From: Spirochaetia bacterium
Lineage (GTDB): Bacteria; Spirochaetota; Spirochaetia; DSM-27196; Salinispiraceae
Length of the DNA stretch: 64,000 nt
Assembly: GCA_038204425.1 (NCBI GenBank)
Contig: JBBRCZ010000006.1
Coordinates: forward strand, 32,001 to 96,000
Direction: 5' to 3'
Made by a program: the position numbers and the translations under genes. This document shows positions 10,540-19,530 of the stretch, in pieces. Below the pieces are notes generated by a model. It saw only the letters and a program-made list of their open reading frames with translations, was not told the DNA's origin and did not search any database. Numbering within the stretch: position 1 is the stretch's first letter; each line of letters begins with the position of its first letter.

Positions 10540-10548
10540 CCGAGCAAG

Positions 10549-11412
10549 TCACTTGCTGAGTGAGTTGCTCCTTAGGTACTCGTAGAACCAGCGAGTACTG
10601 AGCGCCTCAAAGGTGCCATCGGCCTTGAGAGCTGCGATAGCTGAGTTGATAACTGACTTGAGCTCGTGTCCTTTAGGAAACACAAAACCCAGTTCTTCTA
10701 AGCCAAGTGGCTGACCCACAAGCTTAAGTTTTTCTGGGTAGACCGCCAAGTAGCCGCGAGAACTGGAGCTATCCATCAAAATCAAGTCTACGTTGCCCGC
10801 TAGTAGAGCATCAACGACGCCGTCAAAATTGTCAAAAAGCTTGATGCGCGGGTTTTGTTCATTGCCGCCAAAAAAAGTATTTACTGCTACGCCAAAGTTG
10901 CTTGTGCCGGTTTGACTGCCAATTAGCAACTTTTCGTTACCAACAAAGCTGGCGACATCCGAAAAACGTGTTTCGTCACTTCGTACCAGCATCAATTGTT
11001 GAACCAACAAATAGGGGTCGGAAAAATCTACTAAACTTCGGCGTTCTTGAGTAATGCCTATGCCATTCATGCCCATGTCAACCTTGCCTGAAGCTACGTG
11101 AGCCAACATTTTGTCCCAAGAAACAAGTTCAAACACCAAGCTTGCATTGAGCCGTTTGGCAATTTCGGCCACTGCGTCGTATTCCCAGCCAATGCCCTTA
11201 TTTGAACCAAGTAACGTAAAGTTGAGCGGCACGTAGTCATTGGCAACGGCGATTTTGATTACACGCTCTTGTAGGTCGGCAAGGCCTGACAGACCTAAAA
11301 TGCTGCTGGTTGTAGTCGGCTTGGTATTGCCACAGGCAAAGCTAAGAAGAGCGATAAAAAATAGAGCCATAGCAAAAAAAACCTGGCTAACTGGCTTAGG
11401 TAAAAGTGTCAT
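10549..11412 (-). CDS. Amino acid ABC substrate-binding lipoprotein (family 3), orphan
   Basis: Start moved to ATG 11412 (AAGGA RBS); lipobox SFAC; NDYVPLNF, ITQERR, FSDPY. Confidence 0.88.
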   Translation of the reverse strand: MTLLPKPVSQVFFAMALFFIALLSFACGNTKPTTTSSILGLSGLADLQERVIKIAVANDYVPLNFTLLGSNKGIGWEYDAVAEIAKRLNASLVFELVSWDKMLAHVASGKVDMGMNGIGITQERRSLVDFSDPYLLVQQLMLVRSDETRFSDVASFVGNEKLLIGSQTGTSNFGVAVNTFFGGNEQNPRIKLFDNFDGVVDALLAGNVDLILMDSSSSRGYLAVYPEKLKLVGQPLGLEELGFVFPKGHELKSVINSAIAALKADGTFEALSTRWFYEYLRSNSLSK

Positions 11413-11456
11413 AGAATAGTCCTTGGAGCGCATAATCGCTCTATTGATAATCAACA

Positions 11457-12092
11457 CTACACTTGTTTAGGTTTTTTTGCATCTCTATATTTCTGCAAAA
11501 GACGCCTAAAGCTGGCTATCATGTGTTTGCTTATTGCAATGTCGTCGCCAAGAACTTCAAGAGTATTAGCAATCGACTCAATAGTCGACAAGCATTCTCT
11601 GCGCGGTTCTCGACGTAGATTGCCGTAGAGCGAAGGCTGACTTGGCATGACCACCGCTCGATTAAGTTTTAAGAGCCAAGGGTTCCGCCACCACAAAGCC
11701 TTGGCCTGAGCCCAAGTACCATCTATGGCAACAATACCTTGTATCGACGAAACATCTTTGGGCACAAGGTCGCCTAGTTTATCAAAAAAATGAATGGCTG
11801 ATTGCGCCTGACTCTGGACAAGCTGTTCAAACTTGTAAGTGCTCCCTAAAAAAAGAACTAACCATTGCCGCGCATCTGCTTCTGCTCCAAGGGCGTGGCT
11901 TAGCTTGGCCCAAGAAAGGCCGGTAGCCAAAACTGAGTTCTTTAGAATCAAGTGAGAGATAAGCGCCGTTCCAAGCTCTTTGTCTGGTTCTTGAGGATGC
12001 TGAAGGATGAGCACTCTCAAGCGATTGTCAAAGACTTGCAGGTGATCACAAATACAAAGAGAGAGGGGCTTTTGACAACGCTCACACAACAT
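11457..12092 (-). CDS. DTW-domain tRNA-uridine aminocarboxypropyltransferase (TapT-like)
   Basis: CERC..CIC, ILQHPQE, IDGTWAQA, LSTIES; start moved to ATG 12092. Confidence 0.88.
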   Translation of the reverse strand: MLCERCQKPLSLCICDHLQVFDNRLRVLILQHPQEPDKELGTALISHLILKNSVLATGLSWAKLSHALGAEADARQWLVLFLGSTYKFEQLVQSQAQSAIHFFDKLGDLVPKDVSSIQGIVAIDGTWAQAKALWWRNPWLLKLNRAVVMPSQPSLYGNLRREPRRECLSTIESIANTLEVLGDDIAISKHMIASFRRLLQKYRDAKKPKQV

Positions 12093-12126
12093 CTTCTTTG
12101 ATTTCCTTTGCACAAAATCTTGGGAC

Positions 12127-12179
12127 AAACTAAGGTTAGGCAGGCAGCTTGTCAAGTGTGGGGCCAAGTGTGGTAGTCT
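12127..12179. promoter_or_regulatory. Back-to-back promoters for tapT-like (-) and loaP-like (+) genes
   Basis: Minus: TTGACA(12150-12155)-N17-TAGTTT(12127-12132). Plus: extended -10 TGgTAGTCT (12171-12179), 6 nt before ATG. Confidence 0.6.
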
Positions 12180-12185
12180 GACCAG

Positions 12186-12701
12186 ATGAATTGGTACGTG
12201 GTTCAGGTAGTTAGTGGCAAAGAAACTCAGTATAAGCGCCTGGCAGACTCGAGATTATCTAAGTCAACTGAAGTCGAGTGGTTTTTTCCAACGCGAGCTC
12301 TGGTTGAGCGTCGTCGAGGCCAAGACAAGTTACGCAACGTGCCTCTATATCCTGGTTACCTATTTATCTGCTTGCAGTCTGCCGATCCTCAAATTTTTGA
12401 TGTCTTGTCGCGTCAGCTAGGTTTTATTCGATTTTTGGGTAGCTCGGGACAAGCTGATCCACTACCAGAACAAGACTTGGAGCTGCTCAAAGTACTGCGA
12501 AGCCATGGCGATAGTCCAGGTTTGTCAACGGTAAGTTTTGCCGAAGACATGACCATAAAAGTCATCTCTGGGCCCCTTAAAGATTTGCAGGGCAGGATCG
12601 TAAAGATTGATAAGCGCAAACAACGTGCCCGTGTTAGGCTTGACCTGTATGCTGAGTCCTTTGACTTGGACTTTGGCTATAAGCTCTTGGGACAGGCTTA
12701 G
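12186..12701 (+). CDS. NusG-paralog transcription antiterminator (LoaP/UpxY-like)
   Basis: NGN domain WYVVQVVSGKE...PLYPGYLFI; KOW-like KVISGPLKDLQGRIVKIDKRKQRARVRL (basic RK-R hairpin as in LoaP); sits upstream of a long biosynthetic operon. Confidence 0.88.
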   Translation: MNWYVVQVVSGKETQYKRLADSRLSKSTEVEWFFPTRALVERRRGQDKLRNVPLYPGYLFICLQSADPQIFDVLSRQLGFIRFLGSSGQADPLPEQDLELLKVLRSHGDSPGLSTVSFAEDMTIKVISGPLKDLQGRIVKIDKRKQRARVRLDLYAESFDLDFGYKLLGQA

Positions 12702-12734
12702 CCAATTGCGGCTTTTGAACGCTCAAAACTAGAA

Positions 12735-12763
12735 TTGACGTCTTGTTGCTTGCATGCTATTGT
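12735..12763 (+). promoter_or_regulatory. sigma70 promoter of the glycan operon
   Basis: TTGACG (12735-12740)-N17-TATTGT (12758-12763) with extended TGn. Confidence 0.75.
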
Positions 12764-12779
12764 TCAATTTGTGAACAAT
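12759..12779. promoter_or_regulatory. Palindromic operator overlapping the -10 and +1 positions
   Basis: ATTGTTCA-ATTTG-TGAACAAT, perfect 8-bp arms. Confidence 0.7.
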
Positions 12780-12782
12780 GCT

Positions 12783-12844
12783 GGCTGTCGCTTTTGAGTG
12801 TGTTCCGGCCGCCGAAAGAAGCTGTCAGTTATAGCCCTTTTTTT
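12783..12844 (+). terminator. Candidate leader terminator/attenuator
   Basis: GGCTGT(12783-88) or GCTGT(12821-25) can pair with ATAGC(C)(12831-36), followed by T7 (12838-12844). Confidence 0.4.
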
Positions 12845-12871
12845 GCGCCAGTTAGTCTAGCGCAAGCTACG

Positions 12872-12891
12872 CACGCCCACACGCCCACACG
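12872..12891 (+). repeat. 8-bp tandem repeat CACGCCCA x2.5 just upstream of the regulator start
   Basis: CACGCCCA CACGCCCA CACG. Confidence 0.8.
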
Positions 12892-12900
12892 GATACAATT

Positions 12901-13500
12901 TTGGAACACGAATTAGAACTTGATATTCTCGAACACATTTCTCAAACTGAGCAAAAAGTTAGACAGCGGGACTTGGCCCACATTATTGGCAAGAGTCTCG
13001 GTATGACCAACGCAATCCTGCAGCGTTTGGTTCAAAAAGGCATGCTTAAAGTGGCACAAGCAAATGGCCGGAGTTTGTCGTATGTTGTCACTCCAGATGG
13101 AGTGCGAGAGCTGGCAAGTCGCAGTTACCGTTTTTTTAAACGCACCATAAAAAATGTGGTTTTTTATAAAGATGGCATAGAGAAGGCAGTCAAAAGTTGT
13201 TTGCAAGAGTCAGTGCCCAAAGGCTCTGCTGCGGTAGTCTTACTTGGCCAAAGTGACCTTGATTTTGTGGTGGAGCACGTTGTTCAATCGGCTGGCTTAG
13301 TTTTGTTGAGGCACACGGAGCCTAACGAGCTTGAAACCGTGCCAGGTTTAAAAGTGGTGGCATGTTTGCTAAGTGAGTCGGCATCTGAATCGATGCGTGC
13401 GTTTACAAAGACAAGGACCGCTTCTGTGTGGCATGATGCGCAACTAATAGACTTGTCACAAATTGTTTTGGGCACAACAATGGATCAGGAGAGAAGCTAA
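12901..13500 (+). CDS. EPS-locus-associated MarR/winged-helix transcriptional regulator with C-terminal Rossmann-like extension
   Basis: RQRDLAHIIGKSLGMTNAILQRLVQKG...YVVTPDG; TTG start. Confidence 0.85.
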   Translation: MEHELELDILEHISQTEQKVRQRDLAHIIGKSLGMTNAILQRLVQKGMLKVAQANGRSLSYVVTPDGVRELASRSYRFFKRTIKNVVFYKDGIEKAVKSCLQESVPKGSAAVVLLGQSDLDFVVEHVVQSAGLVLLRHTEPNELETVPGLKVVACLLSESASESMRAFTKTRTASVWHDAQLIDLSQIVLGTTMDQERS

Positions 13501-14498
13501 TGCAGTTAAGAGGCAAAAAAGTCTTGGTGACCGGAGCCGACGGTTTTATTGGCAGTCACCTGACTGAGGCGCTGTTGGCAGAAGGCGCGCACGTTAGGGC
13601 ATTTGTTTACTACAACAGTTTTAATTCTTGGGGCTGGTTGGATAGCCTACCTGCTGAGGTTTTAAGTACAATCGAAATATTTGCTGGGGATATTCGAGAT
13701 CCAAATGGGGTTAGAAAAGCAATGGATGGCATTGAGATAGTCTTCCATCTGGCGGCTTTAATTGCTATTCCTTTTAGCTATCATTCTCCAGATAGTTACG
13801 TGGACACCAATATAAAAGGAACTCTCAATATCCTGCAGGCAGCTCGTGAGCTCGGGACCAAGAAAATTTTGGTTACTTCTACATCGGAAGTGTATGGCAC
13901 CGCACTCTACGTTCCCATTGACGAAAAACACCCCTTCCAAGGACAGTCTCCCTATTCGGCAACCAAAATTGGGTCTGATCGTATGGCAGAGAGTTTCTAT
14001 CGTAGTTTTGATCTGCCCGTAAGCATCGTGAGACCATTTAATACCTACGGACCTCGTCAATCGGCCCGTGCTGTTATCCCAACCATCATCACTCAGTTGT
14101 TGGCCGGCAAGTCCGAGATCAAGCTTGGCAGCCTTCATCCCACCCGCGACCTGCTTTTTGTAAAAGATACGGCGCGTGGTTTTATTGAGATAGCTAAGTC
14201 CGATAAGACTATCGGGCAAGAAATCAATATCGCCACTCAAGCCGAAATAAGTATAGGTGACTTAGCCAATGAACTGATTGCGCAGATAAATCCCGCTGCC
14301 ACTATAGTGACTGATGATGTGCGACTACGGCCCAACCTTAGTGAAGTAGAACGCTTGCTGGGCTCAAAGGAAAAGATTGAAGCGTTAACGGCTTGGCGGC
14401 CAGAGTTTGACCTCAAGGCTGGTTTGGCAGCTACTATCGCTTGGTTTAGAGATTCAAGCAACTTGGCCCGTTACAAGGCGGATATTTACAATGTATAG
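13500..14498 (+). CDS. legB: NDP-GlcNAc 4,6-dehydratase, LegB-like
   Basis: GADGFIG, YNSFNSWGWLD, HLAALIAIPFSY, YSATK. Confidence 0.85.
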   Translation: MQLRGKKVLVTGADGFIGSHLTEALLAEGAHVRAFVYYNSFNSWGWLDSLPAEVLSTIEIFAGDIRDPNGVRKAMDGIEIVFHLAALIAIPFSYHSPDSYVDTNIKGTLNILQAARELGTKKILVTSTSEVYGTALYVPIDEKHPFQGQSPYSATKIGSDRMAESFYRSFDLPVSIVRPFNTYGPRQSARAVIPTIITQLLAGKSEIKLGSLHPTRDLLFVKDTARGFIEIAKSDKTIGQEINIATQAEISIGDLANELIAQINPAATIVTDDVRLRPNLSEVERLLGSKEKIEALTAWRPEFDLKAGLAATIAWFRDSSNLARYKADIYNV

Positions 14499-14507
14499 GC
14501 ACTCAAC

Positions 14508-15659
14508 ATGAACCCCAGTCTCAAAGAACTTGTCGATTTTATTAAGCAACTCTATCCAAGTGAAAATCCAGTACCATTACATGCACCGCGTTTTTTGGGT
14601 GCCGAAAAGCAGTATCTGGCAGAATGTATAGATTCTACCTTTGTGTCATACGTTGGTGCCTTTGTGACCAAGTTTGAAAAACAAATTAGTGACTTAACTG
14701 GTGCAAAGCATGCTGTGGCGATGGTAAACGGAACAGCCGCTTTGCAAATGGCTTTGATAGCTTCTGGTATGCAAAGTGGAGATGAAGTCATAACTCAGGC
14801 ATTGACCTTTGTTGCCACGGCAAACGGCATTCGACACGCCGGTGGTGAGCCTGTTTTTATTGATGTGGACCGAGATACGCTTGGTATGAGCCCAAAAGCT
14901 TTGGAAGATTTTTTGGCTAAGTTCGCAGCCGTTCGCGACGGCGCCGTCTACAACAAGCTCAGCGGTCGACGAATCTTTGCAGTTATGCCAATGCATACGT
15001 TTGGTTTTGCGTGTCGAATTGTGGAACTTGCAAGCATCTGCAAAAAATGGGGTTTGGAGCTTATCGAGGATTCAGCTGAGTCGCTGGGCACTTGGGTAGG
15101 CGAACAGCACACCGGCACTTTTGGCAAGGCTGGTTTGTTGTCTTTTAATGGCAATAAACCCATTACTTGCGGCGGCGGTGGCATGTTGATTACTAATGAT
15201 GACGCAGTCGCCCACAAGGCGCGGCATATTTCGACCACCTCCAAAAGAAAACATGCCTGGGAATTTTTTCATGATGAGCTTGGTTGGAACTTGCGTATGC
15301 CCAACGTCAATGCAGCTCTTGGCTGTGCACAAATGGACAGACTTGACCACATACTATCAAACAAAAAAGAAACTGCAGCATGGTATGCAAGCTGGTGTGA
15401 TAAGCACAATGTCGGTTTTATTAAGCCCGTTGATGGCACTCGCCCAAACCACTGGTTAAATACCATAGTAGTGGCAGATTCCCTTGAGCGGGAAGAGTTC
15501 TTGGACTTCAGCAATAGCAATGGCGTTCAAACTAGGCCAATTTGGGTTCTGATGAACAAGTTGCCTATGTATCAAAACTGTTTAGTTGGCGATCTTCAGC
15601 AATCGCAGTGGCTCGAGGACCGCTTGGTAAACATTCCAAGTAGCGTAAGGGTGCAATGA
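14508..15659 (+). CDS. legC: LegC-family PLP aminotransferase (DegT/DnrJ)
   Basis: VPLHAPRF, IEDSAESLG, SFNGNKPITCGGGG, RMPNVNAALG. Confidence 0.85.
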   Translation: MNPSLKELVDFIKQLYPSENPVPLHAPRFLGAEKQYLAECIDSTFVSYVGAFVTKFEKQISDLTGAKHAVAMVNGTAALQMALIASGMQSGDEVITQALTFVATANGIRHAGGEPVFIDVDRDTLGMSPKALEDFLAKFAAVRDGAVYNKLSGRRIFAVMPMHTFGFACRIVELASICKKWGLELIEDSAESLGTWVGEQHTGTFGKAGLLSFNGNKPITCGGGGMLITNDDAVAHKARHISTTSKRKHAWEFFHDELGWNLRMPNVNAALGCAQMDRLDHILSNKKETAAWYASWCDKHNVGFIKPVDGTRPNHWLNTIVVADSLEREEFLDFSNSNGVQTRPIWVLMNKLPMYQNCLVGDLQQSQWLEDRLVNIPSSVRVQ

Positions 15660-16291
15660 AAATTGTTCTTTTGGGCGCTGGTGGGCACGCAAAAAGTTGT
15701 ATTGCTTGTCTTGAAAGCGCTGGCTACCAGATAGCTGGTCTACTAGCTGGGCCTGAGCAGATTGGGCAGCGGTTTATGGGCTACGAGGTTTTGGGTGGCG
15801 ACGAGCAAATTGATTCACTAGCCAAGGCTGGGTATGAGTTTTTGGTAGCCGTTGGCCATATAGAAACCGCATTGGTTCGTCAAAGCTTGTTTGAGCGAGT
15901 TTTAGAGTCTGGCGGCCAGCTTCCGTCAATAATTGCGGCTGATTCCATAGTGCATCGATCAGCAGAGCTTGGTGCTGGAACCTTGATTATGCACAGGGGT
16001 TTTGTGAATGCAGGCGCCAAGCTTGGCAGAAACTGCATCATTAACACAGGCGCGATCGTTGAACATGATGTGACTATCGGCGACCATGTACATGTATCCA
16101 CAGGAGCCATTGTCAACGGCTCGGTTTGCATTGGCGACGGAAGTTTTATTGGCAGCGGTGCCGTGATTAGAAATAATTTGAGTATAGCAAGTCAAGTGGT
16201 GATTGGGGCAGGGGCAGTAGTGGTAAGCAGTATTGTGCTGCCGGGCACCTACGTTGGAAACCCGGCCCGTCGTCTGGAGAGTCTTGGATGA
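15656..16291 (+). CDS. NeuD/PglD-type sugar N-acetyltransferase (hexapeptide repeats)
   Basis: GAGGHA, INTGAIVEHD, GNPAR. Confidence 0.88.
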   Translation: MKIVLLGAGGHAKSCIACLESAGYQIAGLLAGPEQIGQRFMGYEVLGGDEQIDSLAKAGYEFLVAVGHIETALVRQSLFERVLESGGQLPSIIAADSIVHRSAELGAGTLIMHRGFVNAGAKLGRNCIINTGAIVEHDVTIGDHVHVSTGAIVNGSVCIGDGSFIGSGAVIRNNLSIASQVVIGAGAVVVSSIVLPGTYVGNPARRLESLG

Positions 16292-17292
16292 ACAAAGTAC
16301 TAATAATTGCCGAAGCTGGTGTAAACCACAATGGTGATATGGACATGGCCTGCAGTCTAATTGAAAAAGCCAAATGGGCAGGTGCCGATATTGTTAAGTT
16401 CCAAACTTTTAAAACCGAACTTTTGGTGACGGCCGATGCCAAAAAGGCTGATTATCAGTCAAGAGAGACGGGCAGCAATGAGAGTCAGTTTTTGATGCTT
16501 AAGAAACTTGAGCTCAACCCTGCAGCCCACCAGACACTACTTGAGCACTGTGCCAAGACAGGGATTCAATTTATGTCGACTGCCTTTGATCACGATAGCA
16601 TCGACTTGCTCGCGAGCTTTCAAATGCCCTTTTGGAAGATACCATCCGGAGAACTTACCAATATTCCCTACCTTCGACGCATCGCTTCCTTAGGTAAAAA
16701 GCTTATTCTGTCGACGGGAATGGCCGTCCTGGGAGAAGTGGAGCAAGCTCTGGATGTGCTAATGCAGGCAGGCGCTTCTCGTGACGACATTACAGTCTTA
16801 CATTGTACTACCGAGTATCCTACGCCTTGGGACCAGGTTAACCTACGAGCTATGTTGACCATACGCGAAGCTTTTAAAGTGGCTGTTGGCTATTCGGATC
16901 ATACAGCTGGCGTTGAGGTGGCAATAGCTGCCGTCGCTATGGGCGCAACAGTTATTGAAAAACATTTTACCCTCGACAAAAATCTAGCCGGCCCCGATCA
17001 CAAGGCTTCACTCGAACCCCAAGAACTTAAGGCCATGGTGGACAGCATTCGACACATCGAAATAGCGCTCGGTGATGGTGTCAAAAAGCCGACCGAATCA
17101 GAGCTAAAAAACAAGATTGTTGCTCGCAAGAGCATTGTTGCTGCCAAAAAAATAGAGAAAGGGCAGGTTTTTTTGGAAGGCTCATTGGCGTTAAAACGGC
17201 CAGGTAGCGGCTTGCCTGCCAGCTTTCTGGAACACTTATTGGGCAAACCTGCCCGTCGTGACTATGCAATTGACGAGTGTATTGAGCTCTAA
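16288..17292 (+). CDS. neuB: Nonulosonic acid synthase (NeuB/LegI)
   Basis: IIAEAGVNHNG, VKFQTF, GYSDHT, IEKHFTLD, SAF/AFP-like tail. Confidence 0.93.
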   Translation: MNKVLIIAEAGVNHNGDMDMACSLIEKAKWAGADIVKFQTFKTELLVTADAKKADYQSRETGSNESQFLMLKKLELNPAAHQTLLEHCAKTGIQFMSTAFDHDSIDLLASFQMPFWKIPSGELTNIPYLRRIASLGKKLILSTGMAVLGEVEQALDVLMQAGASRDDITVLHCTTEYPTPWDQVNLRAMLTIREAFKVAVGYSDHTAGVEVAIAAVAMGATVIEKHFTLDKNLAGPDHKASLEPQELKAMVDSIRHIEIALGDGVKKPTESELKNKIVARKSIVAAKKIEKGQVFLEGSLALKRPGSGLPASFLEHLLGKPARRDYAIDECIEL

Positions 17293-18450
17293 ATGAAAAA
17301 AATTGGTGTTTTTACTGGTACCCGTGCCGAATATGGCCTGCTAAAGCCGTTGATAAAGGAAATTGCGCTCGACCGAGACAATTTTGATGGGGTGGTGATT
17401 GCAAGCGGAACGCACCTATCTCCCGAGTTTGGAAAAACCATTGACCAGATTGATGACCTGTTGCCGGTTGAAGCCATAGAGACACTGCTAAGCTCCGACA
17501 CCAGTGTGGGTGTGGCTAAATCTTTTGGCTTGGGTGTTTTGGGCTACACCGAGGTCTTGGCTAGGATCAAGCCGGATTGCTTGCTAATAGTCGGTGATCG
17601 TTATGAGGCACTTGCGTGTGCAATTACAGCGGTTATGCTTGGGATACCAATAGCTCACGTGCATGGCGGTGAAATTTCAGAAGGTTCCTATGATGAATAC
17701 TATAGACACGCAATCACTAAGCTAAGTCGCCTCCATTTTACATCTACCGAACAATATCGACAACGCGTTATACAAATGGGGGAGCAGCCAAGTACCGTGT
17801 TTAATGTGGGTGCAATAGGTCTGGATAATGTTAGATTGGCCAACTATCTTGATAGGCCTGCCCTTGAAATGAGTCTTGGAATCAAACTGGCCAAGCGGGT
17901 GCTTTTGATTACCTATCATCCAGAGCACACGGTAGGCACCAGCGATCTGAGGACAAAATTTTTGCGCTTTTTGTCGGGGCTTGTCCAGGCAAGTGACGCC
18001 CAGCTTATTTTTACCAAGGCAAATGCCGATGCCAACGGTCGCATGATTAACCAGATGATTGACGAGTTTGTGGCAAAAAATAGTGACAGGGCTGTTTTGT
18101 TTGATTCGCTCGGTTTGCAACGATATTTTTCCCTGCTACGGTTTGTTGAAGTTGTAATAGGCAACTCTTCCAGTGGTCTTATAGAAGTGCCCTCTTTTGG
18201 AATTCCAAGCATTAACGTAGGACGCAGGCAAGATGGTCGCTTTAAAGGGCTAAGTATCATAGATTGTGAAGAAGAAGATATTGAAAAAGCGATTGAAAAG
18301 TCTAACGATCCTCAGTTTAGAACCGCTATAAGGCAGCTCACTAATCCTTACGGAACGGGAGACGCTTCCAAGCAAATCGCAAAGGAGCTTAGAACCTTTG
18401 CGTGCCCGACAAGTATCAAAAAGTTTTACGATCTGGAAGTAACACTATGA
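17293..18450 (+). CDS. neuC: Hydrolysing NDP-sugar 2-epimerase (NeuC/LegG)
   Basis: TGTRAEYGL, GDRYE, HVHGGE, GNSSSG, GRRQ. Confidence 0.92.
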   Translation: MKKIGVFTGTRAEYGLLKPLIKEIALDRDNFDGVVIASGTHLSPEFGKTIDQIDDLLPVEAIETLLSSDTSVGVAKSFGLGVLGYTEVLARIKPDCLLIVGDRYEALACAITAVMLGIPIAHVHGGEISEGSYDEYYRHAITKLSRLHFTSTEQYRQRVIQMGEQPSTVFNVGAIGLDNVRLANYLDRPALEMSLGIKLAKRVLLITYHPEHTVGTSDLRTKFLRFLSGLVQASDAQLIFTKANADANGRMINQMIDEFVAKNSDRAVLFDSLGLQRYFSLLRFVEVVIGNSSSGLIEVPSFGIPSINVGRRQDGRFKGLSIIDCEEEDIEKAIEKSNDPQFRTAIRQLTNPYGTGDASKQIAKELRTFACPTSIKKFYDLEVTL

Positions 18451-19526
18451 AGAATATAGAATCAAACCTTGCGCTCTTGATTGGCCCCACAGCCACAATC
18501 AGGGAAGCCTTAAAGCAGATAGATATCAATCAAGAAGGTGCGCTTTTTGTCGTTGACGAAAGACGATTTTTGCTTGGGGTATTAACGGATGGTGATATAC
18601 GAAGAGCAATAATTCGCGGCAAGCAACTGACGGAAACCATAAATACGCTTTACAATACGCAACCCTATTCGGTGCTAAAGAAAGAATTTGACCTTGCAGT
18701 CATTCGCAAGGTTTTGGTTGAGAAAAGATATGATGTGATTCCTATCTTAGAAATTGATGGTGTGATAATCGGCTATGAAACGTGGGCCGAACTACTAGGG
18801 GGTGATGAAAATCAGAGCCATGAGCGGGTTATTGAGGTGCCCGTTGTAATTATGGCAGGTGGCAAAGGCACCCGCATGGCTCCCTTTACCACGGTATTGC
18901 CAAAGCCCTTAATTCCCATTGGTGAAAAAACAATTCTTGAACTGATAATTGATCAGTTTGGTCGTTTTGGGGTCAAAGATTACTACATAACGATCAACTA
19001 TCGCGGTGAAATGATAAAAGCTTACTTTGATTGTATAGAACGAGACTATTCGATTGAATACATTAAGGAAAGCGATTTTTTTGGTACCGCCGGTAGCCTC
19101 AAATTGCTTCCCCAGAACCTGGGCGACACATTCATAGTTTCTAATTGTGATATTATTGTCAAAGCAGATTTTGCGGAGGTCTTAGATTTTCACCGTGCAA
19201 CTAAAGCTGCGCTTACCGTTCTTTCATCGATCCAGCACCATACCGTGCCTTATGGGGTAATCAAATTTGAGCAAGGTGGTCGCGTTCTAGAGATTGAAGA
19301 AAAGCCCGAGTTCTCTTTCTGCATAAACACGGGTGTATACATACTAAATCGTGAATGTCTTTCCTATATTCCAGATGGAAAGGTCTTCCACATGACAGAT
19401 TTGATGGCAGCACTAATGAGTGATGGCAAGCAGGTAGTTACGTATCCAATAAATGAACGAGAATATATTGATATAGGTCAGTGGGAAGAATATCAAAAAG
19501 CAATTATTTTGCTAAAAGGACAGTAG
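18447..19526 (+). CDS. CBS-domain nucleotidyltransferase (PtmE/LgaF-like)
   Basis: TDGDIRR CBS pair; IMAGGKGTRM..PKPL, GTAGSL, DIG; ATG 18447 overlaps the upstream TGA. Confidence 0.88.
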   Translation: MKNIESNLALLIGPTATIREALKQIDINQEGALFVVDERRFLLGVLTDGDIRRAIIRGKQLTETINTLYNTQPYSVLKKEFDLAVIRKVLVEKRYDVIPILEIDGVIIGYETWAELLGGDENQSHERVIEVPVVIMAGGKGTRMAPFTTVLPKPLIPIGEKTILELIIDQFGRFGVKDYYITINYRGEMIKAYFDCIERDYSIEYIKESDFFGTAGSLKLLPQNLGDTFIVSNCDIIVKADFAEVLDFHRATKAALTVLSSIQHHTVPYGVIKFEQGGRVLEIEEKPEFSFCINTGVYILNRECLSYIPDGKVFHMTDLMAALMSDGKQVVTYPINEREYIDIGQWEEYQKAIILLKGQ

Positions 19527-19530
19527 CGGA

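Noticed and set aside
12702..12900. ops/JUMPStart element or a known riboswitch in the leader
   Set aside because: No GGCGGTAG-type ops and no riboswitch consensus that I recognise
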